Of a DNA stretch of 64,000 nt, positions 41,001-52,375 are shown piece by piece. Made by a program: the position numbers and the translations under genes. Each line of letters opens with the position of its first letter. Within the stretch, counting starts at the first letter, position 1. The notes beneath the pieces were generated by a model. It made no database searches, was not told where the DNA came from, and saw only the letters and a list, made by a program, of their open reading frames with translations. Source of the DNA: Eledone cirrhosa (taxonomy: Eukaryota); the NCBI GenBank assembly GCA_964016885.1, contig OZ024740.1:89156001-89220000 (forward strand), given 5' to 3'.

Positions 41001-41323
41001 TGTCACGTGTAGGACGGATCCAGCTATCAGCTGAGTCCATCGTGAGGATTGCCCCGCCCTCTTCCTTTAGCTGGGAAGGGCAGGCCGTTTTTATCTGTCT
41101 GGTGGCCATGGCGAAAGAGATAGTATGGTGGACATGTTTGAAAGTGTTGAAGACGAGCACTTACCTGTTAGGTGATGCCCTGATTAACTTTTTCAAATTT
41201 CATTTCAAAAGGAAAATCAGGGTAGAGAGGGAAGTGCTCTCTTCCCAGCATTTTGTTGAAAGATGGGTGAGAGAGGCAAGAATCGCCCGAGTGAATGGGC
41301 CTACTCTGAGTATGTGTCTGTAA
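38015..41323 (+). pseudogene. E4 ORF2: APE + RT + CCHC
   Basis: INARGL, ISETR, VYAPT, RSYLDRV, TDHK, YWKLN, KSPGLDG, NFRPITLLN, LDQSKAFDRVDH, AYADD, CPRCAQGEETVLHAIAQC. Confidence 0.93.
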
Positions 41324-41592
41324 ATTAAAGGTGGAAACTGGGAGAGGGCACTTGCCCTGGTGGTCAGGGTCACTGTGGCTTTTTAATGGGCTTTCTCCCC
41401 GAATGTCCCTAGGAAGTCTCCCCCTTATTGGGGAATTGTTTCATTGTTCTATTATTACATCCTCTGTTTCTTTCTTTTTACACGCAGAAATGCCCATATG
41501 TACCGCCCTGTATTGTCCTGTACTGCCCTTAATGTCTACTTTATGTAAACCCTTGTGGTCAATAAAGAAAGCATTATTATTATTATTATATA

Positions 41593-41647
41593 TAAAGTAC
41601 CAGTAATGCACTGGTGTATTGCTGGCCTTGTGCCTAAAGTAGAAACA

Positions 41648-41660
<13 letters not shown>
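41593..41660 (+). mobile_element. 3' fragment of SINE family A
   Basis: taaagtaccagtaatgcactgg..gctggccttgtgcctaaagtagaaacaatt matches 15164-15222, with (ATT)n tail. Confidence 0.75.
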
Positions 41661-41688
<28 letters not shown>

Positions 41689-42860
41689 TACGAGGTTTGT
41701 CTCAAAAGTAATTGTACTTTCCTGTGAAAAACATGGTAATGCAACACCTTGTTGATTTATATATCGGTTATGACTTTTACGGAACGTGCAGGGTTGCGTC
41801 AGTCGGGAGTTATCTCTGTTTATGTTCGGACATACTTATAAGCTCTTACGTTGGCGATGCAGGAAACATGGAAAATACGCGGTCAAGTTTTGACGGAAGC
41901 TCAACAAATCTACAACCGAAACATTTAATTTTTACGGCAAGTTTTTTGAAGTACGAGTCTGTCGTGAAGTGAAAGTTTTAAGGGGCACAAAGCTTTCAAA
42001 GAGAGCCGATAAAATGCTGAAGACGAACGTCTTTCTGGAACGCCAATTTCCTCACCAATAGAAAAATATTTGGAAGTGGAGCGAGCGGTGATGGTGAAAG
42101 TTTACCGATAATATGTTAGGCTGATTGCAGAATAAACGGGCTTTTGGGGAAAGTTTTGGAAAATTTCTGTGAAGGAAAACGAGAAACGGTTGAACATGCG
42201 TTTGTATTTGCTAAAACGACTTGAAACTGAGTCACATCTTTTAGAAAAAATAATATCAAGAGATCGTTTGGAGTAAGATCCAGCTAAAAAAGTCACATTA
42301 AAATAAATCCCCCTCTTACGATGGGTGTACCCACGAGCAGACTAGAGTGAAAATGATATCATTATCAATGGTTTTTTTTTCTGACAGTCTTGGTATTGTT
42401 CACAATCTTCGCCTCCAGAATAGACAGTTTATCACACCTTCTACAAATATGACTTGGAATCATTGCGGGTTCAGCGTTTCCGAAACGGCTTTGCGGGATA
42501 TTGGGTGCTGCATCGCCATAAGGTGCCTGCATGCACATCACTTTCAATTAAAGAATATATCCTGGAAAACAATAGCCCTACAGCCTCGATCTAGTTCCGT
42601 GGGATTTGAACCTCATGCTTAAGTTAAAATAAAATTTGAAGTGTCATCACTCTAGAAATCATACAGAAAATTGTAACCGATGAGGAAAAGAGACTCATAA
42701 AAAATGACTTCCGCTACTGCTACGACTAATGGAGAGAATGTTGAACCTACTGTGTAACTATACAAGGGTCGTATTTTGAAGGAGATAACATTTAAGTTTA
42801 TGTGAGTATAATCAATATACATTTAAATTCAACATCAGTACTCCTATGTTTGGGTAAAAT
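41689..42860 (+). mobile_element. Tc1/mariner DNA transposon relic
   Basis: Begins TA-CGAGGtttgtctcaaaagt (mariner-type TIR); relic SGTPIS HTH-like segment near 42030; C-terminal W..C..CV..QGSYFEGD at 42730-42790. Confidence 0.65.
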
Positions 42861-44047
42861 ATCGGCGCCTAAGCCCAACCCCAACAGCTTCATTCTTATC
42901 CGAACTGAAACTCAAATTCACATGCGATACACTGCATAGATATATAGATATTTTAACTCTATAAAATTGTATTACCTCTCTGGACTTATGAATGATAAAT
43001 TATTTCCAGAGTAAAATCGATATGACACGTTTAATTATGCTGTCTAAAACCACACAATTTCATGACTACACTCTGAACCCTGATAATGCTTTAAAGCATG
43101 GTATTCATCATATTCACATTTCTATCAAATTATCTGCTTATTCATGCACATATGAATTTGATAAAGATTCAAACAATTTATAATTTTTACATGTTAATCT
43201 CTACTATCGACTTCCACTTCGATTTACAATTTATACTTCTTCGCTACTGTCCATTTGCATATATAAATTTAGGTATGACCATCCAGAAATACTTGCATAT
43301 ATACTATTGCGCTAGATCTTATACTCTTTACTCGATATATCTTACTCCAAATCTATTGAATACTCCACATACACTCCATATGTTTAATTGTTTACTTATC
43401 TAATACAAGTCACACATTCATACTAAATATACGAGGGTTGGCTGAAAAGTACACAGCTTAATTTCAAAATTGTCAACTCTCACCCTTATTGCTTATATCG
43501 TGATGTCACCAAACTGGCACCCGATCCTTATAATTAGACGACACAATATAAATTAAAACACCAGCACACGCTGGACGTATATGTGACTAAACTAGATCGC
43601 TAATCTCAACGACTAAAAAAACATTCCAAGAGCTTGCTATTATATGCTATGTGCTGAGTGAGTTTTGAATAAGCAACATGTCATGTCCTATAGTCTTCAT
43701 AACACATACACTAATAATTCCCGCTTGCTGATGACATGTTAGAAGAACGTATTCTTTGTCTAAGGCCTAACGGACACTAATTGATAAATTGAACTATAGA
43801 AATGTAGAAGCATCGCTTCGTATTTACTTACACACACAGACTCAAACCTATGTATATATATGTGTGTGTGTGTGTGTTTAAAATATAGCTCAGAACCGAG
43901 AACAAATATCATAATGAGTGTTAATGCAATCGTATATTGGCTCCCATGCTATTGTAATATTTACAATGATTATGATGTTGAAGATCATTTGCATTTGCAC
44001 AAGGATAAAAATAATATGTTATGGGAATCGGGAATCTACTAAGGACC

Positions 44048-44361
44048 TGTAGCAGGAGTTGCCTCCCTTGTTGTGACACTCACATCACCAATAGATTAAC
44101 GCTCTCTAGATAGGAAGTACCATTTCTGTAACTTCCGTTCAAACCCTATAAAGGGAATAACTGTAAGCTCCCTATCTCTCATTTGCCTTTTCTGCTCCTG
44201 GCCTTCGGCCACGCGCGTTCCCCTTGCAACCAAACGGTAACTAAAATGTTGCTTCATTCTCTCCTCTATTCATTGACATGTCAACTATACTGTTCTATAT
44301 ATCCACAAATTGTTAATTAATTATTATACACACAAACCACATCTCTTGTTATACTTCTACA
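44048..44361 (+). mobile_element. Candidate solo LTR
   Basis: TGTAG...CTACA termini, ctataaa TATA-like box at ~44146, 314 bp; flanks share only acc, so the TSD is not convincing. Confidence 0.4.
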
Positions 44362-44864
44362 ACCCAGTAAAATGCTATAGACCCTTTCGAGCCCCAGATC
44401 AGTAATTATGTTATCGCTTTCAACGTGAAATTCAATGTTCGCACACATACTTTTCAGTCTTCAATAAGATATACATTATACACTAGTTTAATTCTCATAT
44501 TTCTTCTCAAGGTAAATGGAGATTGAATAAATGGCACGTAAACCTTTTAGAGGAAACAGACTTCAAATACATACATTATCCCCAAAGTCTTATATTGCAT
44601 TCAGAAATCAATCCTTTTTACAGAATTCCTTTACATAGCAAATTGAAAACATGGCACTTTTTCTCGTTTCAGGGATTACCGTCATCACTCCGTATATTGT
44701 ACGTTAGAAGTGAATTGAAAACATAACGTCGGCGATTAAATTTCTGCATCCGATGTCGTAGCTGAAATCTTTTTTACATAGATTTGATAGCCAAGAAGAA
44801 GAAGCTGTTCGGAAAATGTCAATATATAATATAATATAATATAATACATTATAATGTAATATAA

Positions 44865-45054
44865 TATAATTGTTTCTACTTTTGGCACAATGCCAGCAAT
44901 TACCCAGTGTATTACTGGTACTCTATTTTATCGACCCCATAAGGATGAAAGGCAAAGTTAAACTCGGTGGGGTTTGAACTAAGACCATAAAGGGTCGTAA
45001 CTCTTTGCTGCAAAGCATGGCGTCCGACCCTCTACCGATACTGCTAAACCACCG
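44865..45054 (-). mobile_element. SINE family A, full copy
   Basis: Reverse complement of the 15040-15225 unit, with an (ATATT)n tail at 44820-44870. Confidence 0.8.
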
Positions 45055-45440
45055 TATAATAACTGGTGATTACACTTGCGATGGTGTCAAACGCGAAGGC
45101 TTGTACTCTCAGTTGCTTAACATTAAGGAAACCGGGGTAAGTACCAGCTTAATGAGACTGCGGGATTGGGAGAGAGTTTAGATTTAAAATCTTAGAATAT
45201 ATCCGTTGAATATTGACGGACGCATACTATTCTTATTATGGCTTTGGGATGAATCTTACTATTCTGCAGTATAAAGAATTAATATATCTACCGACATATG
45301 TATACAGATGCATACCTATGCTAGCAGATATATATGTTTTGTCTTAGTAACTTTGTAGTTCTATGCAGGGGAATGCAGACCAATTATATGAAAGACGTAA
45401 ATAAGAAAGTTATGAAAATTAACCTACTTACTAAAATTTC

Positions 45441-45519
45441 ACTCCAACTAATTAGTTTCTGTAAGGGGTTAAATACAGTTATGTAATACCTGTAGAGAAG
45501 CCTTACGTCATCTGGGAGT
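45441..45519 (-). ncRNA. Hammerhead copy A, core mutated (CAGATGA)
   Basis: Same fold as copy D but U4 changed to A. Confidence 0.7.
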
Positions 45520-45971
45520 CTATTCTCAGCTAAGTTACCAGGCAATGCGGGGACACTGGAAACTTATATAATAATAATTCAGTGGATGGAAAAAAGCGAA
45601 AAAAGCGAGCGGGGTTAGATTCCAAGCCACTGAAAAATTCACTGCCTCCTTGGTCAAGTGGCAAATTCAAAAGAATTAATCACGTGAGACTGAGGTTAAC
45701 CAGCTTGGAGTGGGGGTGCTATTAAGACAGAGCCTAACCACTACTATCAGTCACAGTAGTAATGTGGCAAATTTTGCTCAACAAATAATTTGGAGAATAA
45801 TATAAAGAATTAATATATCTACCGACATATGTATACAGATGCATACCTATGCTAGCAGATATATATGTTTTGTCTTAGTAACTTTGCAGTTCTATGCAGG
45901 GGAATGCAGAACAATTATATGAAAGACGTAAATAAGAAAGTTATGAAAATTAACCTACTTACTAAAATGTC

Positions 45972-46050
45972 ACTCCAACTAATTAGTTTCTGTAAGGGGT
46001 TAAATACAGTTATGTAATACCTGTAGACAAGCCTTACGTCATCAGGGAAT
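45972..46050 (-). ncRNA. Hammerhead copy B, intact core
   Basis: attcc-CTGATGA-c-gtaagg..ccttac-a-GAAA-ctaattag-TT-ggagt; stem I retains pairing via a U-G wobble. Confidence 0.82.
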
Positions 46051-46498
46051 CTATTCTCAGCTAAGTTACCAGGCAATTCGGGGACACTGGAAACTTATAT
46101 AATAATAATTCAGTGGATGGAAAAAAGCGAAAAAAGCGAGCGGGGTTAGATTCCAAGCCACTGAAAAATTCACTGCCTCCTTGGTCAAGTGGCAAATTCA
46201 AAAGAATTAATCACGTGAGACTGAGGTTAACCAGCTTGGAGTGGGGGTGCTATTAAGACAGAGCCTAGCCACTACAATCAGTCTCAGTAGTAATTTGGCA
46301 AATTTTACTCAACAAATAATTTGGAGGAGAATATAAAGAACTAATATATCTACCGACATATGTATACAGATGCATACCTATGCTAGCAGATATATATGTT
46401 TTGTCTTAGTAACTTTGTAGTTCTATGCAGGGGAATGCAGAACAATTATATGAAAGACGTAAATAAGAAAGTTATGAAAATTAACTTACTAAAATTTC

Positions 46499-46577
46499 AC
46501 TCCAACTAATTAGTTTCTGTAAGGGGATAAATATAGTTATGTAATACCTGTAGAGAAGCCTTACGTCATCTGGGAGT
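46499..46577 (-). ncRNA. Hammerhead copy C, core mutated (CAGATGA)
   Basis: Same U4-to-A change as copy A. Confidence 0.7.
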
Positions 46578-47050
46578 CTATTCTCAGCTAAGTTACCAGG
46601 CAAATTTTAGTAAGTAAGTTTATTTTCATAACTTTCTCATTTACGTCTTTCATATAATTGTTCTGCATTCCCCTGCATAGAACTACAAAGTTACTAAGAC
46701 AAACCATATATATCTGCTAGCATAGGTATGCATCTGTATACAAATGTCGGTAGATATACTAATTCTTTATATTCCTCTCCAAATTATTTGTTGAGCAAAA
46801 TTTGCCAAATTACTACTGTGACTGATAGTAGTGGCTAGGCTCTGTCTTAATAGCACCCCACTCCAAGCTGGTTAACCTCAGTGTCACGTGATTAATTCTT
46901 TTGAATTTGCCACTTGACAAGAAGGCAGTGAATTTTTCAGTGGCTTGGAATCTAGCCCCGCTCGCTTTTTTCGCTTTTTTCCATCCACTGAATTATTGTT
47001 ATGTAAGTTTCCAGTGTCCCCGCATTGCTTGGTAACTTAGCTGAGAATAG

Positions 47051-47129
47051 ACTCCCTGATGACGTAAGGCTTCTCTACATGTATTACATAACTGTATTTA
47101 TCCCCTTACAGAAACTAATTAGTTGGAGT
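47051..47129 (+). ncRNA. Hammerhead copy D, intact type I
   Basis: actcc-CTGATGA-c-gtaagg..(34 nt)..ccttac-a-GAAA-ctaattag-TT-ggagt; predicted cleavage after 47124. Confidence 0.85.
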
Positions 47130-48102
47130 GAAATTTTACTAAGTTAATTTTCATAACTTTCTTATTTACGTCTTTCATATTGTGCAGTATATACATTTTG
47201 GTAGCCCACACACTAGTTGGATCTCAGTAATAATCTCTTTCTATTTTGCATGATAACACACCATGATAAAAAGATGTAGAGTGATGAGGAGTGATTGATC
47301 CTGCTTAAACCATGATTTAATAATTAGCCTCTCCAATGTTACATAGGTGATACTACGAAGAATGTTTAAATTGATTTGGGCTCACACTACTATTTTTATT
47401 TTGTTATCCATGCGAACATGTAAGACAATTTAGATGCAACTACAACTACTCAAATAATTTAATATTAGATTTTGTGATCATAGAAATATACTACGTGCTA
47501 TGTATGGCAGAGGATCTAACAACGAATACATGACATATTAACTCGATAGACAGACCATATACTGTCGTCGTCCTATGTAACACACTTTCATACTTTTTAT
47601 ATGGTTATTAATTCATGTCCTCATTGCAGATTGACTTTACAAAACTGCAATTCAAGAAAATGGCATCAATCCACTTTCTTGATTCGCTGTATCCCTTGAG
47701 TAAATGTCCTTTCTCTAAATCTGTACCTCACACTTACGGGTAACCCACAAACATTTTAGCTGTTTTCCTCTCCCTTATCGTAGCCAGCAGAGTGTAAACT
47801 TACGGTTATTGTCCTTGCATTGTCACTGCAAATAATGATAATGGCCCCGGAAATGTGATATGGCACATTACGAATATTATGTTTCCCATACTGCTATATT
47901 TCACAGATTGTTCGCGAAGAGCTTAAGAAACTTTCAAGATGACGCAGCAAAATATTAACAATATATGTCATGTGATACATTAGCATGCAGCACACTATAA
48001 CCAAAAACGTAAAGTGCAGTCAATAACTTCCAGAATACAAACACACACACATACACCACTCACAATCGTATTGATCTATATAAATATGCGAAGCTTTAAC
48101 TC

Positions 48103-48148
<46 letters not shown>

Positions 48149-48601
48149 TCTCCTTCTCTCTATCCCCTATCTCTCTCTCCTTCTCTCTCTCTCTCTATAT
48201 ATATATATGTCCATCTAATATATCCCCTCTTAGTTCTGTCTCACCTGTCTACTATCTTCTCTCTTTCTCGCTTTATCTCTTTCTATATATATATATGCAT
48301 ATGCGTGTTTGTGTGTGTGTAAGACAGTGAGACTATGTGTGCGTCGGTAAATGTGTATTTGTGTACAATGCATATGCCTTTATTCTCTAGAATTTCATAT
48401 TCCCATACGTGCTTCAATAAATTCTTACTTGCATTAAATATTACAAATGTTATAAAATACAATAACAAAATAAAACTCTCGATTACACAATGAATTGTAT
48501 TCTGTATGATACTGACAAAACACATTCACACATGCATAAACGTTATATAATTTATCTATCTACACTGATATATGTTTTCAAATACAATTGATGTATACTT
48601 G

Positions 48602-48661
48602 AACGTAGATATTGCCTTCATATTCATGTACTTTCATTCGTAAGGTTATATAGAAATAATC

Positions 48662-48703
<42 letters not shown>

Positions 48704-48759
48704 TATTTCTATATAATCTACGAATGAAAGTACATGAATATGAAGGCAATATCTACGTT
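48602..48759. repeat. Inverted repeat centred on (TA)n
   Basis: aacgtagatattgccttcatattcatgtactttcattcgta..gaaataatc / (TA)n / reverse complement; arms ~60 bp with few mismatches. Confidence 0.9.
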
Positions 48760-48781
48760 ATATCTATATATATATATATAT

Positions 48782-48846
<65 letters not shown>

Positions 48847-49026
48847 AAGATAGATAGAATTATGAATTAGCTTCAGGCATAGCTGTATACATTTATGTAT
48901 AGAAATTTCGTATTTCTAAAGAAACAAGGTATGTTTGCAGCTAAATATTTAGGAGGTCGTAGCTTCTTCAGAAAACACCGGGCCTAGTGCTTTCTGGTGG
49001 TGTCCAGCAGAAGCAAAGAAACAATG

Positions 49027-49064
49027 GTCGATGCATTTCGGACTTATCTGGTCCTCATCAGGAC
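49027..49064 (-). ncRNA. Minimal type I hammerhead in a ~327-bp terminally redundant unit (48867-49242)
   Basis: gtc-CTGATGA-ggac-cagataa-gtcc-GAAA-tgca-TC-gac; direct repeat ttagctt.aggcatag..gtatagaaa..cgtat..taaagaaacaa at 48867 and 49194. Confidence 0.85.
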
Positions 49065-49644
49065 GATCCCTCCCAAACTAGCGACTGCTGGACTTTCATT
49101 TGTATTCTCTCATTTATGTAAATGAGATGATTAAGCTCATTTGCATATGAAGCTGCATAGTTGGATCAATTGATAATAAAATAGAAATAGCATTTAGCTT
49201 GAGGCATAGATGTATAGAAAATCCGTATCTTTAAAGAAACAATATATATATTAATATGTGTGTGTATGTGTGTCTGTGTATCTATTATAATATTTATACA
49301 ATATGTATGAAATGTCGAACATACAAATATGTATATATATCATATAAAATCTATAATATATATATATATATATATAAATATATATAAAGAAGAAATTAAA
49401 AGATGATTAAAAAAGTTCCATATATTTTATTATGCGCATTTCGAAAACAACGTCATCCTGGGACAAAAATTGTGTTCTCATCAGTTAAAATAAGGTAACA
49501 TGATATGAGGCCTAAAAACACGTGTCAACAAGAAAGTTTCCAGTCTACATATGACGAAAAAAAATATAAGAGAAGAGAAAAAATAGGAAAAATGAAAAAA
49601 AGGAAAAAAAAATTGAAGAGAGGAAAAAAAGAAAGAAAGAAGGA

Positions 49645-49653
49645 GGAGAGAGA

Positions 49654-49729
<76 letters not shown>
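49645..49729. repeat. (GA)n microsatellite
   Basis: Direct reading. Confidence 0.95.
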
Positions 49730-49731
<2 letters not shown>

Positions 49732-50246
49732 CTTGATCGGGAACGCTGTCAAAAATGAAAAACATTTGTAAATAAAGGCTAACAAAAATAAATAATTAAA
49801 TTAATGATGTGTATGTGCTAATATTATGAATATTAGAGGTCTAGAATATAGAAACTGGGTATATTATTGTATATTGGATTGAGAGTGTAAAAATGTATTA
49901 ATAAAATAAAATAAAATGAAATTAAAAGTAATTATAATAATTATAAAAAGGGTTTTTTTAAATAAAATAAAATAAAATAAATATACGTACATATATATAT
50001 GTGTGCATGCATGTATATATATATACATACTACTGTACGTCTGTATACATACATGTATGTACGTGTACATACATATAATTAAGTAACAGCCGTACTAAGA
50101 GTGGGAAATGAAATTTCGTTTCATTTTTTCGTTTATCGTTTTCGGTGCACCCGGCCGATTAACCCACTCGATATGCAAATTGGGTCACTCAGCCTTTAAT
50201 ATGCATAAGGTAAGTATATACGTTCAACAATCTGGCAGGAAGGTAT

Positions 50247-50289
50247 ACGTTGCTGACGATAGTTAATAAGCTTGAAACTAGTACAGCGT
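50247..50289 (+). ncRNA. Minimal type I hammerhead in a ~419-bp terminally redundant unit (49983-50490)
   Basis: acgttg-CTGACGA-t-agtt-aata-agct-t-GAAA-ctag-TA-cagcgt; atacgtacatatatatatgtgtgcatg..tactactgtacgtctgtataca at 49983 and 50402. Confidence 0.8.
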
Positions 50290-50546
50290 TCCATTGTCAG
50301 TGTTGAACAAACGAACAGCGATGGTTGCTAGACATAACGGCTATATACGGGTTGTTTGTTTACAAACACACCGATCATTATAATAAATGTTCGGTGAATC
50401 CATACGTACATATATATATGTGTGCATGTATGTATATTTATACATACTACTGTACGTCTGTATACAAATATGTATGTATGTGTACATACTTACATATATA
50501 TATAGATATATATATATATGTATATGTTTATATATATGTTTATATA

Positions 50547-50630
<84 letters not shown>

Positions 50631-50684
50631 TATGTATATATATATACATATGTATATATATACATATATATATATATATATGTA

Positions 50685-52375
50685 TGGTGGGGAAGGGGAT
50701 TCAAAGATCTCCTTGATGAGGGCTCCATAGACCTCATCATGCACTCTCGTTACGTAGACCACATTAATATAGTAATAAGGACAACCCCACAAAGAGAGTA
50801 CTAACAAGTATGATTTAGAATGTCGCACGATGGAAAGCATCCAGCAGATAACTAATTCCATACACCAGAGTATAACTTTAACTATCGACTAGCCTTCCAA
50901 ACAGACTAACTCTATTAGACCATCTCTATTAGACACGGAACTCTGGATTAACACTATAGAGGAGAGGGCCCAAATTCTCCACTCACGCTACTCTAAACGC
51001 ATGGCTTCCAAATACCTGATACTCAAAAACTCAGCGATGTCCAGTAGTGCTAAGTTTAATATTCTGATCACAGACATGGTACGAGTGATGAAGTACGTGT
51101 CCCGCATGTACGACCCAACTGAAATGGAAAGACACATCCAACAATTCATCACCCGCATGCAGTTCTTTGGCTACAACGAAAGAGATAAAATCAGAGTATA
51201 CGAAGGAGCCACGGAGAAGTATAAGACCCCCAATAGAACTGGATATGAAAGGAATTTGCCCACTATATAGGAGCAAATCATGGAATAGCTTAGATAGGAC
51301 TAAACTAATATAAAGAAAGCCACCCCATGGTACGACAACCAGGCACACCAGAGTGTCATGTTCGTGGACGCTACCCCTGGAGGGAAATTAGCTAACCAGT
51401 GTAGAAAGTCCCTGAGAAAGACCCACTTAGAGATTAAGGTTGTAGAAAAGCCAGGAACTACCATTAAATCCCTGATCAGTAAAACATACCCTTTTAAGAA
51501 AACCAACTGTAATAATAGGAAATGTATTATATGTAAAGTAAACCCCCGCATAAACTGTAAAACTAGAAACGTAGTCTATAGCATAAGATGTACAGAGGGT
51601 ACTTGAGGAAACATGACAGCAACATACATAGGCGAGACAGCTCGTAGGATAGGTGAAAGGATAGACCAACACTGGGTGAACTAAAAGGACGAAAAAACGG
51701 TGCAGTACTATACGAACACGCCAGACAACAACATGACGGTAACATAGACCACATGGAAATTAAAATAATATCTACACATAGAAATGACCCAGCAGATAAA
51801 CAAATCAGAGAGGCAAGTGGAATAGAACTTAGAAGGCCAAAACTAAGCAGAAGAAATGAATGGAATAACAACAACACCCAAACAAACAATACTGACCTAA
51901 GAAAAATATAAATAAATAAATAAACACAAGCACAATAACAACAAACACATATAAACACACACTAGTAAACTAAGATAGAATGCAATGACCAAAATACAGT
52001 CACCCAAACGCGAACACACACCAAACATAATACACACACGCAAACGCATGCGCAGAGAATGAGACAAAAATAAATAAATAAATAAACAGATTAAATAATG
52101 ATGGCGTAGATATACAATACAACAGGAGGAACATAATAATCGCACCACTGACGATGTTGCAGATGTGCAACGAAAGAACTTTGTTAAACTATATATATGT
52201 GTTTGTGTCTATATTATATCTGTATTTTTTTACCTTTGGTCAGTCAATGGTAAACAGAATAAATTAACTGATATAAAAGATAAGAAAGCGAAAACCAAAC
52301 AAACAGTGAGTGTGTTCTGTTATTAATTCTGGCAATATTATTACAACAATATGACCCTCCCAAAGTAAAACAATA
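50685..52375 (+). mobile_element. Penelope-like element 3' half (RT end, Cys-rich linker, GIY-YIG) with pLTR
   Basis: RYVDHI (YVDD relic), SKRMASKYLI, MFVDATPGG, IKVVEKPG, CNNRKCIIC..NCKTRNVVYSIRC, YIGETAR..ER; inserted in (TA)n. Confidence 0.85.
52144..52185 (+). ncRNA. Hammerhead motif in PLE pLTR, stem I degenerate
   Basis: acca-CTGACGA-t-gttgca-gatg-tgcaac-GAAA-gaac-TT-tgtt. Confidence 0.65.

Larger units (their letters stand above)
35996..41572 (+). mobile_element. Tx1/L1-clade LINE copy E4, full length, decayed
   Basis: 5' UTR shared with E3; ORF1 36211-~37980; ORF2 38015-41323; AATAAA at 41561; (TTA)n on both sides. Confidence 0.92.
45260..47191. mobile_element. Retrozyme-like array: 531-bp hammerhead-bearing monomer, ~2.5 tandem copies (-) plus ~1.1 inverted copy (+), with 14-bp TSD
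   Basis: Period 531 (actccaactaattag at 45441, 45972 and 46499); inversion at ~46602; flanks tattctgcagtata (45260-45273) and tattgtgcagtata (47178-47191); no ORF of 60 aa or more. Confidence 0.85.

Noticed and set aside
43430-43455. Second mariner TIR (tacgagggttggctgaaaagt)
   Set aside because: No inverted partner or transposase relic found nearby.
45274-47177. CRISPR array or ordinary centromeric satellite
   Set aside because: There is no short repeat-spacer structure or cas gene; low copy number, inversion, TSD and ribozyme fit a retro-insertion better.
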